Assembly: GCA_910577205.1 (NCBI GenBank) | Contig: CAJTMA010000010.1 | Coordinates: 56-64,055, forward strand | Reading direction: 5' to 3' | DNA: 64,000 nucleotides | Origin: an uncultured Alphaproteobacteria bacterium | GTDB lineage: Bacteria; Pseudomonadota; Alphaproteobacteria; RF32; CAG-239 | Shown here: piece after piece, positions 46,913 through 57,810 of the stretch | Layout: every line of letters begins with the position of its first letter | Position numbering within the stretch: the first letter of the stretch is position 1 | The notes under the pieces: generated by a model | Database searches by the model: none | The model's input: the letters and a program-made list of their open reading frames with translations, nothing else | Told to the model about the DNA's origin: nothing | Made by a program: the position numbers and the translations under genes

Positions 46913-48349
46913 TTATTCTTTCGGCTTGATTGTTTTGCGCAACGGATTACGCCTCTCTTTTTTATCCGCATAAGGGTTGCCTGTTTTGCGAACATTAATC
47001 CGAATGGGAATACCGCCCAAATTAAAAGTTTCACGCAAGTTATTTGTCAGATAACGTAGATAAGAATCCGGCAGCCCTTCAGGATTGCTGGAGAACATAT
47101 AAAATGCCGGCGGGCGTGTCTTAGCCTGCGTGATATAACGCAGCTTAATTCGGCGTTTGTTTTTGCCAAGCGGCGGCGGGCAGTTATCTTTAATATCTTC
47201 AAACCACTTATTCAGCGGCGCGGTCGGAATGCGCACGTTCCAACGGTCATAAACTTTGAAAACAGCGCTCATCAACTTGTCTAAGCCTTCTTTCTTTAAG
47301 GCTGAGATCGTCACTGTCGGCACGCCTTCAACTTGCGTTAAAGATGTTTGCAGCTTGTCATTAAGCTTTTGTAATGCTTCTTGACGGTTGGCAATATCCC
47401 ACTTATTAACTGCAATCACCAAGGCTCTGCCTTCGTCAATCACTTCGCGGGCAATAGTTAAATCTTGCTTGTCCAACACGGCATCTGCGTCCAAAACCAA
47501 AACCACGACTTGTGCCATATAAGCAGCGTGTTTGGTGCTGGCAGCAGACATCTTTTCCAAAGAATCTTCAATTCTTGATTGGCGGCGCAAGCCCGCCGTA
47601 TCAACCAAATTAATTTTCCGACCTTTCCATTCCCATTCGCTGGTAATGGCATCTCTGGTAACCCCTGCTTCCGGCCCGGTGAGCATCCGCTCATCATTGA
47701 GCAAAGCATTAACTAAGGTTGACTTTCCGACATTTGGGCGTCCGACAATAGCCAGCTGAATGGGTTTGGCTTTAGCTTTTTCATCCAGAATAGCGTTAAT
47801 TTCTTCTTCGCTTAAGCCATTAAAATCAACAAATTCTTCTACCGCTTTTTTGACCTTTTTATCATATGGCTTCAGAGCCTCATGTAAATCAAGCAATCCC
47901 AGCCCATGTTCGGCAGAGAATGGAATAGGTTCGCCTAATCCCAAACGGTAAGCTTCATGTACGCTGTCTTCCTGCAATTTGCCTTCGCACTTGTTGGCAA
48001 GCAGAATAACTGGCTTGCCGCTCTGGCGTACCAAATCGGCAAAATGTTCATCATATGGCTGTACACCGTCGCGGGCATCAAACAAAAACAGACAGACATC
48101 AGCTTCGTCAATTGCCCGTTTGGTCTGATTCCACATCCGTTTTTCTAAGTTGTCTTCATTCGAATATTCATAACCGGCGGTGTCAATCACGGCTAAGTCA
48201 AGATTTTGCAATTTTCCCTTGGCTTCTTTACGGTCACGTGTTACGCCCGGCTGGTCATGTACAATTGCCAGCTTCCGCCCGATGAGCCGGTTGAACAAAG
48301 TTGATTTTCCGACATTCGGACGACCGACAATGGCTATTTTTATACTCAT
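46913..48349 (-). CDS. der: Ribosome biogenesis GTPase Der (EngA)
   Basis: Two GRPNVGKS/DTAG domains plus a KH-like C-terminus. Confidence 0.97.
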   Translation of the reverse strand: MSIKIAIVGRPNVGKSTLFNRLIGRKLAIVHDQPGVTRDRKEAKGKLQNLDLAVIDTAGYEYSNEDNLEKRMWNQTKRAIDEADVCLFLFDARDGVQPYDEHFADLVRQSGKPVILLANKCEGKLQEDSVHEAYRLGLGEPIPFSAEHGLGLLDLHEALKPYDKKVKKAVEEFVDFNGLSEEEINAILDEKAKAKPIQLAIVGRPNVGKSTLVNALLNDERMLTGPEAGVTRDAITSEWEWKGRKINLVDTAGLRRQSRIEDSLEKMSAASTKHAAYMAQVVVLVLDADAVLDKQDLTIAREVIDEGRALVIAVNKWDIANRQEALQKLNDKLQTSLTQVEGVPTVTISALKKEGLDKLMSAVFKVYDRWNVRIPTAPLNKWFEDIKDNCPPPLGKNKRRIKLRYITQAKTRPPAFYMFSSNPEGLPDSYLRYLTNNLRETFNLGGIPIRINVRKTGNPYADKKERRNPLRKTIKPKE

Positions 48350-48364
48350 TTAAGCTTCCTCATT

Positions 48365-49696
48365 TTACTTGTAAGCGACTAATTCTGCGTCGTTTGTGGT
48401 CAGCAGGGTAATGCCATCGGCAACCACCGGAGAAACTTCTACGCCGTCATCCAATGCTACAAAGCTCATGATGCGTCCGGTGTAAGGCGAAACCGCAAAA
48501 GCATAACCGCTGGAGGTCGCTACGAGCAGGCGGTTGTCTGCAAGAACCGGTCCGGAAAGAAAGACACCGGTTTTGTCATCAGACGATGTTCCAAGAGGAA
48601 TCTTGGTGCTCCAGACAATCTTTCCGGTTTCAGCTTCCATGGCCAATAAATCGTTGTTGGTTGATAAGACGAACAACATTTTTCCGGCAACCCAAGGCTG
48701 GTTAGTGCTGCCGATATCCCGTTCCCAAATTCTTGTGCCGGTACGAACGTCAATCGCAACCAAAATGTCATTATGCCCTGCGGCAAAAACCATGTTTCCT
48801 GCGATAACCGGATTTGCTTTTATGGCATTGATATTCGCCAGTGAATTTGTCCGGGCATGAGCAGCCAGCCAGTCAGACCATAAAGGCGAACCTGTCGACC
48901 CTTTGAATGCTCTTAACTCGCCGTTAGAAAATGCTGCGACAATCAAATCTTGCGCCGGATCGTAAGCCGGGCTGGCACCACCGACTAATGTTGTTTGTTC
49001 CATTGCCGACTTATAGCGCCACTCTTCTTCACCGCTGGCGGCATTAAGGGCAATCAGCGTATTGTCAATCGTTTGTATCAAAACTTTGTCATTGGCAACT
49101 GTCGGAGCAATTCTTATCGGCATTTCGGCATTATAGAACCAAATTTTTTTACCTGTTGTCATGTCCAAAGCAAATACGCCGCCAAACCCAGTCGTCGCAT
49201 AAATTTTGCGTTTGTATTCCGCTAAGCCGACACCTTTAAGCGCCGTACTTTTGTCTTCTTTTACCAGTGGTTTTAAACGTTGCTTCCAGATTCTTTCGCC
49301 GCTGTCTAAACGATAAGCGCTGACTGTCGCGTCGGCATCAATGGCAAAAGCGACTTTGTAGGCGATAATCGGCTCGGAAATCAGAAAATCACGTCCGGAA
49401 TTTCCTGTGCCGAAACTGCTTTCCCAAAAGCCTTTAAGCTGGCTTCCTGTTTGCAGGTGTTCCATCCTGTGTACGGAGTTGCCGCCGCTTTGCGACCAGC
49501 TTTTGTTTGTATGCGGGCGGGGCAAAACAACCTTAAACGCGCCGGGACGATAATCTGGACGGAGTTTTGTATCCGTATCCAATACAGAAATACGCTCGCC
49601 ATCGAGCTTAATTTTATCTTCAGAAAACAACCCGCAAGAGGCCACCAAAAGACAAGCTGCCGCTGTCGTTATTTTTACTGTCATTTTACCACGCAT
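48365..49696 (-). CDS. bamB: PQQ-like beta-propeller lipoprotein, BamB-like
   Basis: Lipobox VASC; A.D..TG...W repeats; lies between YfgM-like and der. Confidence 0.8.
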   Translation of the reverse strand: MRGKMTVKITTAAACLLVASCGLFSEDKIKLDGERISVLDTDTKLRPDYRPGAFKVVLPRPHTNKSWSQSGGNSVHRMEHLQTGSQLKGFWESSFGTGNSGRDFLISEPIIAYKVAFAIDADATVSAYRLDSGERIWKQRLKPLVKEDKSTALKGVGLAEYKRKIYATTGFGGVFALDMTTGKKIWFYNAEMPIRIAPTVANDKVLIQTIDNTLIALNAASGEEEWRYKSAMEQTTLVGGASPAYDPAQDLIVAAFSNGELRAFKGSTGSPLWSDWLAAHARTNSLANINAIKANPVIAGNMVFAAGHNDILVAIDVRTGTRIWERDIGSTNQPWVAGKMLFVLSTNNDLLAMEAETGKIVWSTKIPLGTSSDDKTGVFLSGPVLADNRLLVATSSGYAFAVSPYTGRIMSFVALDDGVEVSPVVADGITLLTTNDAELVAYK

Positions 49697-49715
49697 CAAA
49701 CTCTCCGTTGATTAA

Positions 49716-50402
49716 TTAATTGGCAGAATCCAAAACCGATAACATATCCTGAACCCGGAGCTTTAAGCCGTCACTGAGGTTCGGAGTATTCAAAATTTCA
49801 CCATACAAAGCCTTTGCCTGCTCCATATTGCCGTCACGAATAGCCAGCATCGCGCTCATCTCGCGGGCAATGTTTGCCCAGCTGCCGTTTTCTTCCACCA
49901 GTGGGTTTAACAAAGCTTCGATTTCTTCTCGCGGCGCAGTGTCAAGCTTGTATGAAGCCAGCTTAACAGCGGTAACATCGCGCATTTTTTTGTTAATGTC
50001 CTGATTATTAATGATGCCTTCCAATATTGCGATAGCTTCTTCGTTTTTGCCCTGTTCGAATAAGATATTTGAGGTCTGGATTTGGGCAATATCTCCGTAA
50101 ATACCGTCATTTGTTTCAGCAATTTGTTTTAAGACTTTCATACTTTCGTCAAAACGCCCCTGATTTTGCAGCGCCATGGCAACAGCATAAGTATCGGACC
50201 AGCTTTCAGCCCGTTTTGTCCGCCACGCTTTAAAAGTTTCAAAACTAACCGCCACTGTCAGAATAGCCGCGATGGCAATGATAATTTGCAAACCATAAGT
50301 ATCCCAAAGCTTTTTCATATTGTCATTATGGACATCGGCGCTGACTTCTTTAAAAAAGTTTTCGGCCGCCTGCAAATCTTCTTGTGTGTCTTTCTTTTTC
50401 AT
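49716..50402 (-). CDS. TPR membrane protein (YfgM/DUF2659-like)
   Basis: FFKEVSADV...LW..YG, TM segment, helical repeats; synteny. Confidence 0.8.
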   Translation of the reverse strand: MKKKDTQEDLQAAENFFKEVSADVHNDNMKKLWDTYGLQIIIAIAAILTVAVSFETFKAWRTKRAESWSDTYAVAMALQNQGRFDESMKVLKQIAETNDGIYGDIAQIQTSNILFEQGKNEEAIAILEGIINNQDINKKMRDVTAVKLASYKLDTAPREEIEALLNPLVEENGSWANIAREMSAMLAIRDGNMEQAKALYGEILNTPNLSDGLKLRVQDMLSVLDSAN

Positions 50403-50498
50403 TTTGAGTCTCTCTTCCCCGGAGGTTAAAGTTAAAACTGTGTTTATTTATACCCTAAACAGCATACAAGGCAATCGCATTATGCGATTCGCTGACAA

Positions 50499-51686
50499 CT
50501 ATTTCTTGATGATTTCGTTAATCAGAAACTGTTTAACCCAGCGCAAAGCTTCAATGGGTTGTTTTTTGCCAAAGATTAATGTTCTGTCATCTGAGGTGAT
50601 TGTCACAAAATAGCGTTCTGTCGCCGGATTAAACGAAACGTCCACCGATTCGATGTCGTCTTTTAACACTTCATTGTTCTTGCGCGAGAACAGCATAAAT
50701 TTATGAACAATAATCACTTTATGCGGCTTGATAACCACTTTGTCTTTGCGGAACAGAACCCAGACGGAAGCAATAATACCGATCGTGCCGATAACATATA
50801 CGGCAATAACCAGCGGACTGTGTCCGGCATCTGTGCCAAACTCGTCAGATAAATTGGCGGCCAGAAGAAGGCTGCCGAAAATGAAGATGGCAATCCACGC
50901 CATGACATTATACGCATCCCAAATGATTTTACGCGCTTTTACGACGGTCTTATCGCGTTTGCGCACCAGAGCCAAAGCTTCTGGCAGGGGAGCGCGGTCA
51001 TCATATTTATTTTCAATAAGCCCCTCTGCTGCCAACTCGCGGATAGACTTGTCCAGGTCTTCCACTTTGCGGGTAGTCATGCCTTCGTCTGTCATAAGCA
51101 GGGCAGGCAGTCCCAAAGTGCGGGCATAATATTCCCAGATTTTGCGAATGTTTTTATCGCTGGTGCTGATATACAGCGGCGCGATTTTGTTGCGGTTTTT
51201 ATGAAAAAGTTCAATAATATATTTGTTTTTGTTCATAAAGCCGAACTGGAAAAATTCGATTCTGAAGCGCACGCCTTCATAATTCGCCAGTTTTTCTTTA
51301 AAGCTCTTCTTTTCGCCCAAGGCCGGCCGATGAATAATTTCAATATTTTTGCCATCAAAGAAGATTTTTTTGTAGCGGATGTATGACATAATGAGGGTAA
51401 TGATAATCCCCAGGCCGATGGTGATGATAACGCTGTCAAACAGCCACGGGCTGATAAGCGGGTCAAAAGCAGCCAGTTCCTCAGGGCTGACAATATCTCC
51501 AAAAGCTTTTTGAGAGGGATTGAAGCCGTTAAACAGTTCATACAGGCCGAGAATAACCAGCACCGCGCCAAAAAATAATCCCGGATACAAAATGCTTAAA
51601 GAAATCCGGTCAGATTTTTTCGTCGGCAAATGTGCCAGTTTGAGTTCAAAACTGTGGCTGAAATGGTCAGGGGCGTTAAACTTCAT
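50499..51686 (-). CDS. Membrane protein with an internally duplicated 2TM + soluble beta unit
   Basis: Two TM pairs, each followed by a similar K-x-(I/V)...IIH/IVH segment. Confidence 0.6.
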   Translation of the reverse strand: MKFNAPDHFSHSFELKLAHLPTKKSDRISLSILYPGLFFGAVLVILGLYELFNGFNPSQKAFGDIVSPEELAAFDPLISPWLFDSVIITIGLGIIITLIMSYIRYKKIFFDGKNIEIIHRPALGEKKSFKEKLANYEGVRFRIEFFQFGFMNKNKYIIELFHKNRNKIAPLYISTSDKNIRKIWEYYARTLGLPALLMTDEGMTTRKVEDLDKSIRELAAEGLIENKYDDRAPLPEALALVRKRDKTVVKARKIIWDAYNVMAWIAIFIFGSLLLAANLSDEFGTDAGHSPLVIAVYVIGTIGIIASVWVLFRKDKVVIKPHKVIIVHKFMLFSRKNNEVLKDDIESVDVSFNPATERYFVTITSDDRTLIFGKKQPIEALRWVKQFLINEIIKK

Positions 51687-51861
51687 TAAAATCAATCCTT
51701 TTGCTTATAATAATTAAGACTTCCCTATGCTACATTATTTTTTTTTAATAATCATCCTTTTTTTATATAATATTTCAAAAAATGCTTTCAAAGATTCAGT
51801 GTCTATTAACATTATATCGCTATGATTGGGAAAGATTTTTGTATTAAAGGGATATTGTCAA

Positions 51862-53622
51862 ATGGGAAGCATTGAGATTTTTGCCAATGAGTCATACTTC
51901 AGCCTCACCATGTGGTCTTTGGTACTGTTGTTTTTAGTGGCAGTTTACAGCAGTTTTAACCTGAATATTACCAAAGCCGTTTGGTATTTGTTTGCCGGAT
52001 TAACGCTTGAATTTTTGAGTGCTTGGTACGGGTATCATATTGGCTATTTCAACAGCGCCGGGGTATCAATTAATATTCTCGTGGCAATTGAGTTGTCGTT
52101 CAGCCTTATCTCCGTGGTCATGCTTGCTTTGGCTGCGTCTGAAATACTTATCGGCAAAACGCCGTCTGCCGCTTATATTACCGGCGGCATTGCCATGGGT
52201 TTGGTTGCCGTTATTTTCTATTGTTTCATTTATCCTGACGGCGACATGATTGTGCGTATGCGCAAGATTTTCCCGATTGCCGGTTTTGCTTTCCTGACTG
52301 CGGCCTTTTGGTCTAAGGCTTTTACGCCCCGCCACTTCGGCTATTTGTTTGCCGCGATTGTGACGACCATTACTTCTTTCTACCTGCTGATGCGCCTTTT
52401 CGACATCGAAAGTTTTGTCACCGGAACATGGTACTTATCGTCTTTTACTTATGTTTTTCTTGCAATATCTTTGCTGATGATGGCCGCAGGTTATGCGCAG
52501 TATAAAGCAGATAAGCTGGAAGATAAGATTGAACAATATAACCGTAGGCTGGAAGAAATTATCAAGTCTTCGCCTTTCCCGATTGTCATCTCCCGCCTGA
52601 CGGATGATAAGATTTTAATGGCGAACGATAATGCGGTTAAACTCTTTGGGTTAATGCCCAATGAATTGGAGCGCTACCGTCTGCGTGACTTCTTTGCCGA
52701 CAGCGACAACCGCCAGCTCCTGACCGAGCGTCTGGAAAAAGAAACGGAAGTGCATGATTTTGAAATCCTGGCAAAAGCCATTAACGGTGAAACGCCTTTC
52801 TGGCTGCTGACTTCAGCCAACGTCATTGACTATAATTATGACATTGCCATCTATTCGTCATTCCAGGATATTACCACCCGCAAAAACCGGGAGAATATGC
52901 TGAAAAACCAAGCCATTCGTGATCCTTTGACCTCGCTGTATAACCGCCGTTATTTTGAAGACGAAGTCAAACGCCGCATTGCTCAGGCGCAGGCCGAACA
53001 CCGCCAGTACAGCGTTTTGATGATAGATGCCGACCACTTCAAGCGGGTAAATGATACTTATGGGCACAAAACCGGCGATAAGGTTTTGATAGAACTTTCC
53101 TCCACGGCAGAACGCTCCTTGCGCCAAGACGATATTGTTGCCCGTTATGGTGGCGAAGAATTTGTTGTCTTTCTGCCGGATTTGTCAGCGGAAGAAGCCA
53201 AAGGGGTCGCTGACCGCCTGCGTGAAACCATCGCCAAAATCATTGTCCGGTCTGACCAGGGGGATGAGGTAACCTTTACCGTAAGTATCGGCATTTCTTC
53301 TTCGGCCATTTCCGATAATATTGATACATTGATTAAAACTTCTGATGACGCATTGTATCGGGCTAAGGAAAATGGCCGTAACCGTTGTGAGATTTTTACC
53401 GTGGATGATTTGAAAAACTTTAATGCCGCTGTTGAACATAAAGATGACAGCGCTAACCATCATCCGATATTCGATAAAGAAAATGCGCAGGAAATTTCTT
53501 TGCTGGATGGGATTGATGCCAACCACATTGTCGAAGCGCAAAGCCAAATCGAGCAGCCGGAAGCTCAAAAACCTCAAGAAACCTATCCTATTTTAGGGGT
53601 GGACAATGACGAACTCAAATAA
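51862..53622 (+). CDS. Membrane sensor diguanylate cyclase (multi-TM, PAS, GGDEF)
   Basis: About 7 TMs; PAS ending QDITTRK; DPLT.LYNRR, DADHFK, RQDD I-site, GGEEF. Confidence 0.9.
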   Translation: MGSIEIFANESYFSLTMWSLVLLFLVAVYSSFNLNITKAVWYLFAGLTLEFLSAWYGYHIGYFNSAGVSINILVAIELSFSLISVVMLALAASEILIGKTPSAAYITGGIAMGLVAVIFYCFIYPDGDMIVRMRKIFPIAGFAFLTAAFWSKAFTPRHFGYLFAAIVTTITSFYLLMRLFDIESFVTGTWYLSSFTYVFLAISLLMMAAGYAQYKADKLEDKIEQYNRRLEEIIKSSPFPIVISRLTDDKILMANDNAVKLFGLMPNELERYRLRDFFADSDNRQLLTERLEKETEVHDFEILAKAINGETPFWLLTSANVIDYNYDIAIYSSFQDITTRKNRENMLKNQAIRDPLTSLYNRRYFEDEVKRRIAQAQAEHRQYSVLMIDADHFKRVNDTYGHKTGDKVLIELSSTAERSLRQDDIVARYGGEEFVVFLPDLSAEEAKGVADRLRETIAKIIVRSDQGDEVTFTVSIGISSSAISDNIDTLIKTSDDALYRAKENGRNRCEIFTVDDLKNFNAAVEHKDDSANHHPIFDKENAQEISLLDGIDANHIVEAQSQIEQPEAQKPQETYPILGVDNDELK

Positions 53623-54757
53623 TAGCTGCCCGCTGTCGGAAATTTGTGGCGGTTGCAGCTTAAGAAACCTGCCGTTGGAGGAATACCGCAACCGGAAAAC
53701 CGAAAAAGTAAAAGCTATCCTTTCCGGGATAAATCTGCCTGAAGTTAGTTATGGCGATTCGGTCTTTATCGGCGATAAAACGCGCCGCCGCGCCACTATG
53801 GCTTTTCGCTGCAAAAAAGGCGTTGTAACTTTGGGGTTTAATGCCGCTCGCAGCGATGAGGTTCTGGATTGCCCGGATTGCCAGCTGCTGACACCGGAAA
53901 TTTGTAATGCGTTGCCCAAGCTTCGCGCTTTGCTGTCCGAATTATGCAAAGAACCATATACGGTTAAGAAAAAGGGCAAAAAGCCACAGGCTGTTTATGT
54001 GACAGCCGGGGATATAGCTGTTACCGCTGCTGCCAATGGTTTGGATATTGTTTTAGAAATAGCCGAGTTGCCGGATCTTGGACACCGGATGATTATTTGT
54101 GAGGCGGTTGCCGCAGCAGAAGAAATTATCCGCGTATCATGGCGCCGCCGCCCGGATGAAACGCCCGAGCCGATTATCGAAAAAGCCAAACCGGTGATAA
54201 ATATTGCCGGACGTCAGGTCTACATTCCTGCCGGAACTTTTCTTCAGCCGTCGGCGGAAGGCGAAAGTGCCTTGATTGGTTTGGTCTTAAAATACCTTGG
54301 GGAAACCCGTGGCAAAATCGCTGATTTATTTTGCGGTGTGGGGACTTTTTCATATCCTTTGGCCGGCTTGGACGGCAATAAGGTTTATGCCGTTGATTCG
54401 TCAGTGCCGCTTTTGAACGGGTTTCGCCAGTCTGTAAATAAAAACATGATTTCTAATATTGAAATCACCGCTAAAAACCTTTTCAAATATCCGCTGGATG
54501 AAATGGAATTAAAAGGTTTTGAGGTGGTTGTTTTTGATCCGCCGCGCGCCGGAGCGGAAGCTCAGGTCAAGCAGCTGGCTGCCTTGCCGGAAAACAACCG
54601 CCCGCAGAAAATAATTGCCGTATCCTGCAATCCGCGCAGCTTTGTCCGTGATGCGAATATTTTGCTGTCCGGCGGCTATAAGCTGGCGGAAGTGACAATT
54701 GTTGACCAGTTTGTATATTCTGACCACAGTGAGCTGGTTGCCTTGTTTACAAAATAA
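53606..54757 (+). CDS. rlmD: RlmD/TrmA-family RNA m5U methyltransferase
   Basis: CPLSEICGGC, FLQ, DLFCGVG, DPPRAG, VSCNP. Confidence 0.85.
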   Translation: MTNSNNSCPLSEICGGCSLRNLPLEEYRNRKTEKVKAILSGINLPEVSYGDSVFIGDKTRRRATMAFRCKKGVVTLGFNAARSDEVLDCPDCQLLTPEICNALPKLRALLSELCKEPYTVKKKGKKPQAVYVTAGDIAVTAAANGLDIVLEIAELPDLGHRMIICEAVAAAEEIIRVSWRRRPDETPEPIIEKAKPVINIAGRQVYIPAGTFLQPSAEGESALIGLVLKYLGETRGKIADLFCGVGTFSYPLAGLDGNKVYAVDSSVPLLNGFRQSVNKNMISNIEITAKNLFKYPLDEMELKGFEVVVFDPPRAGAEAQVKQLAALPENNRPQKIIAVSCNPRSFVRDANILLSGGYKLAEVTIVDQFVYSDHSELVALFTK

Positions 54758-54792
54758 AAGGAAGCGGATATAGTAAAGCCGGGAGATAAAAT

Positions 54793-55314
54793 TTGACCGT
54801 ATTGAAAAAAATAAATTTGTTGTTTTGGCTGCTGGTTTCCGGCTGCTCATACAGTTCCATGGACTATGAAACCTGCCCTCGGGTACAGATTATCCGCGAT
54901 AACGCTTATTTGACGCAGGTAGTCAATTATCGTGAGAATTTTCAGGTTAATCTCATCGGCTATGACGGCTATTGCTATTATGACCGCAAAATCAGTCAGA
55001 ACAAAGCGCTGATTAAGCCGATTTTTCAAATTAAGCGCCTGCGTCCCGGTGATGAAACCGAAGTACATTTTTCCTTTTATACCGAAACAGTGAAAGGCCC
55101 GCCGCAATATATCGGTAAAAAGACGCATTTTGCCGTTGCAGAAATTCCGTCCGATGCAATAGAAATCGAATATACCGCGCCGCAGGTTTTGGTTTATGTC
55201 CCCGAAGAATTTAAATACAGCTATGATATTAATATGGGCTTGGTTATCAGCCCCGAGGAGCGGAAATATAACAAACGCACCTTTGATATAGAATACCGTT
55301 ATTACGACAAATAA
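54793..55314 (+). CDS. Lipoprotein, hypothetical
   Basis: TTG start after GGAG; lipobox VSGC; CPRV motif. Confidence 0.65.
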   Translation: MTVLKKINLLFWLLVSGCSYSSMDYETCPRVQIIRDNAYLTQVVNYRENFQVNLIGYDGYCYYDRKISQNKALIKPIFQIKRLRPGDETEVHFSFYTETVKGPPQYIGKKTHFAVAEIPSDAIEIEYTAPQVLVYVPEEFKYSYDINMGLVISPEERKYNKRTFDIEYRYYDK

Positions 55315-55324
55315 GGAGAAACAA

Positions 55325-57298
55325 ATGATGTTTGGTGAAAATACACAGTTGTCCAGCATGGCAAACGCGATTCGTTTTCTGAGTGCGGATGCAATTGAAA
55401 AATCAAAATCCGGACACCCGGGTATGCCGTTGGGGATGGCTGATGTCGCAACAGTTTTGTTTTCCAAATTCATTAAATTAAATCCGCAAGCGCCGCATTG
55501 GTTTGACCGCGACCGTTTTGTGCTGTCTGCCGGTCATGGCTCAATGCTGATGTACTCGCTGCTTTATCTCATGGGCTATGAAGATATTTCCATTGATGAT
55601 CTTATGAACTTCCGCCAGTTGGGTGCTAAAACCGCCGGACACCCGGAATACGGACACCTTGCCGGTATAGATATGACTACCGGACCGTTGGGGCAGGGGA
55701 TTTCATCCGCCGTCGGTATGGCGCTGGCGGAAAGAATTATCAATGCTAAATATGGTGATGATTTGTGCAGCCACTACACTTATGTCATTAACGGTGACGG
55801 TTGTCTGATGGAAGGCATTTCTGAAGAGGCAATATCTTTAGCCGGCCACCTTCGCTTGAATAAACTGATTGTCCTGTGGGATAATAACAATATCACAATC
55901 GACGGCACAGTCGACAAAGCCAATTCCACCGACCAGATTAAACGTTTTCAGGCTGTTGGCTGGAATACGCAGGAAATTGACGGGCACGATTATAGCGCGA
56001 TTGAAAAAGCCATTGCCAAAGCGCAAAAGTCAGATAAGCCGACATTAATTGCCTGCAAAACCAAAATTGGTTTTGGTGCGCCGAATAAAGCCGGCACATC
56101 AAAATGCCACGGTTCTCCGTTGGGAGCAGATGAAGTTGCCGCAATGCGCAAAGCTCTGAATTGGAACTATGATCCGTTTGAAGTGCCGGAAGAAATTTTA
56201 AGCGCATGGCGTTCTGCCGCTCGCCGCAATGCCGAAACCTATGCAAAGTGGCAGGAAAAAGCCCAGGCCGCCGGAAAAGAATTTGATGATTACATTAATG
56301 ACCGCCTGCCGGCTGATTGGGATAAACATCTTAAGGCTTTGGAAGAAAAAGCTATTTCCGAGCAAACAAAAGTTGCCACCCGCAAAGCCTCTCAGCTGTG
56401 CCTGGAGCAGATTATGCCTTATGTGCCGCAGATTGTCGGCGGTTCGGCTGACTTGGCTGCCTCTAATCTGACTTTTGTTGACGGTATGAAAACTGTAACT
56501 GCCGATGATTATAACGGCAACAATATTATGTATGGCATTCGTGAACACGCCATGGGCGCAATTATGAACGGCCTGGCATTGCATGGCGGTGTCATTCCTT
56601 ATGGCGGCACATTCTTTGTCTTTTCTGATTATATGCGTCCGTCGATGCGTCTGGCTGCCTTAATGGGCATCCGTGCCATTTATGTCCTAACCCATGATTC
56701 TATCGGTGTCGGCGAAGATGGGCCGACCCATCAGCCCGTGGAACACCTGGCGTCTTATCGCGCAATGCCGAATATCTATACTTTCCGCCCTTGCGACGTG
56801 GTAGAAACTGCGGAATGCTGGCGTGTGGCGATTGAGAGCGAGAAAACGCCAAGCATTTTGGCTTTGTCCCGTCAGAATTTGCCGCTGCTGCGCACCTCTG
56901 CCGATATTAATTTAAGTGCCCGCGGCGGCTATATCATCGCCGGCGATAAAAACAAACGCCAAGCAACGCTGATTGCCACCGGTTCTGAAGTTTCTCTGGC
57001 GGTTGAAGCCATGCACAAGCTGGCGGAAGAAGGGATTAATGTTGCGGTTGTTTCCATGCCTTGTACGGAATTATTTGACAAGCAGGATATTTCTTATCAG
57101 GAAGATGTTTTGGGAACAGCGCCCCGCATTGCGATTGAAGCCGCTGCCAAATTTGGCTGGGAACGTTATGTCGGCCTGAAAGGCGATGTTATCGGCATGG
57201 ATGGCTTCGGAGCTTCCGGTCCGGCAGAAGAGCTGTACGGCTACTTTGGCATAACGCTTGAAGAAGTTGTCGATTCTGTGAAGAATTGTTTGAAATAA
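55325..57298 (+). CDS. tkt: Transketolase
   Basis: SGHPG, GDGCLMEG, YGIREH, GEDGPTHQP. Confidence 0.97.
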   Translation: MMFGENTQLSSMANAIRFLSADAIEKSKSGHPGMPLGMADVATVLFSKFIKLNPQAPHWFDRDRFVLSAGHGSMLMYSLLYLMGYEDISIDDLMNFRQLGAKTAGHPEYGHLAGIDMTTGPLGQGISSAVGMALAERIINAKYGDDLCSHYTYVINGDGCLMEGISEEAISLAGHLRLNKLIVLWDNNNITIDGTVDKANSTDQIKRFQAVGWNTQEIDGHDYSAIEKAIAKAQKSDKPTLIACKTKIGFGAPNKAGTSKCHGSPLGADEVAAMRKALNWNYDPFEVPEEILSAWRSAARRNAETYAKWQEKAQAAGKEFDDYINDRLPADWDKHLKALEEKAISEQTKVATRKASQLCLEQIMPYVPQIVGGSADLAASNLTFVDGMKTVTADDYNGNNIMYGIREHAMGAIMNGLALHGGVIPYGGTFFVFSDYMRPSMRLAALMGIRAIYVLTHDSIGVGEDGPTHQPVEHLASYRAMPNIYTFRPCDVVETAECWRVAIESEKTPSILALSRQNLPLLRTSADINLSARGGYIIAGDKNKRQATLIATGSEVSLAVEAMHKLAEEGINVAVVSMPCTELFDKQDISYQEDVLGTAPRIAIEAAAKFGWERYVGLKGDVIGMDGFGASGPAEELYGYFGITLEEVVDSVKNCLK

Positions 57299-57308
57299 GT
57301 TTAATAGT

Positions 57309-57339
57309 CAGGGCTTTGAATTTTATCAAAGCCCTGTTT
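57309..57339. terminator. Terminator
   Basis: CAGGGCTTTGA/TCAAAGCCCTG. Confidence 0.75.
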
Positions 57340-57341
57340 GC

Positions 57342-57593
57342 TTAATCCGTCAGCGTTAGTTGAATTTTTTTGTGAAACAGTGACATCAAATAATTCAGCT
57401 CTCCGATATTGGGTGTTGCCTGACCGTTGATAAGTGCTTGCAAATATATCGGCGACCAGCTGGTCATATGCGCCAGCTCAGTTATGGTTAGCTTGTTTTC
57501 GGTAAGCAGGTTTTGCAAAATCCGGGCAATATCCAGCCGCAGATTTTTGAGATTAGTTAAACGTTGTCTTTTTTGTAACATTTCCAACTCCAT
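57342..57593 (-). CDS. XRE-like HTH protein
   Basis: LTITELAHMTSWSPIYLQALINGQATPNIGEL. Confidence 0.7.
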   Translation of the reverse strand: MELEMLQKRQRLTNLKNLRLDIARILQNLLTENKLTITELAHMTSWSPIYLQALINGQATPNIGELNYLMSLFHKKIQLTLTD

Positions 57594-57646
57594 TTTTGTT
57601 TTGATACCATTAACCGCTTTGCGAAAACAGATGATGGCATAAGGTT

Positions 57647-57810
57647 AAAACAAAACCTGCCTTTAGATTTCTAAAGGCAGGGGAGTTGCAAACTGTAACA
57701 GAACAGTCCGGGTTATTCGACATAAGCTTATATCCCCGGCTCCCCTCAAAAGGAGTCGTTCTTTTCTGTTAGGAGTTTGCATACTCCACAGCCCGTCTCC
57801 GGACTGCGAG
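57647..57810 (-). ncRNA. Structured RNA leader ending in an intrinsic terminator upstream of an XRE gene
   Basis: TTGCAA-N16-TACAAT promoter at 57842-57815; nested complementary blocks; CCTGCCTTTAG/CTAAAGGCAGG-UUUUGUUUU. Confidence 0.55.
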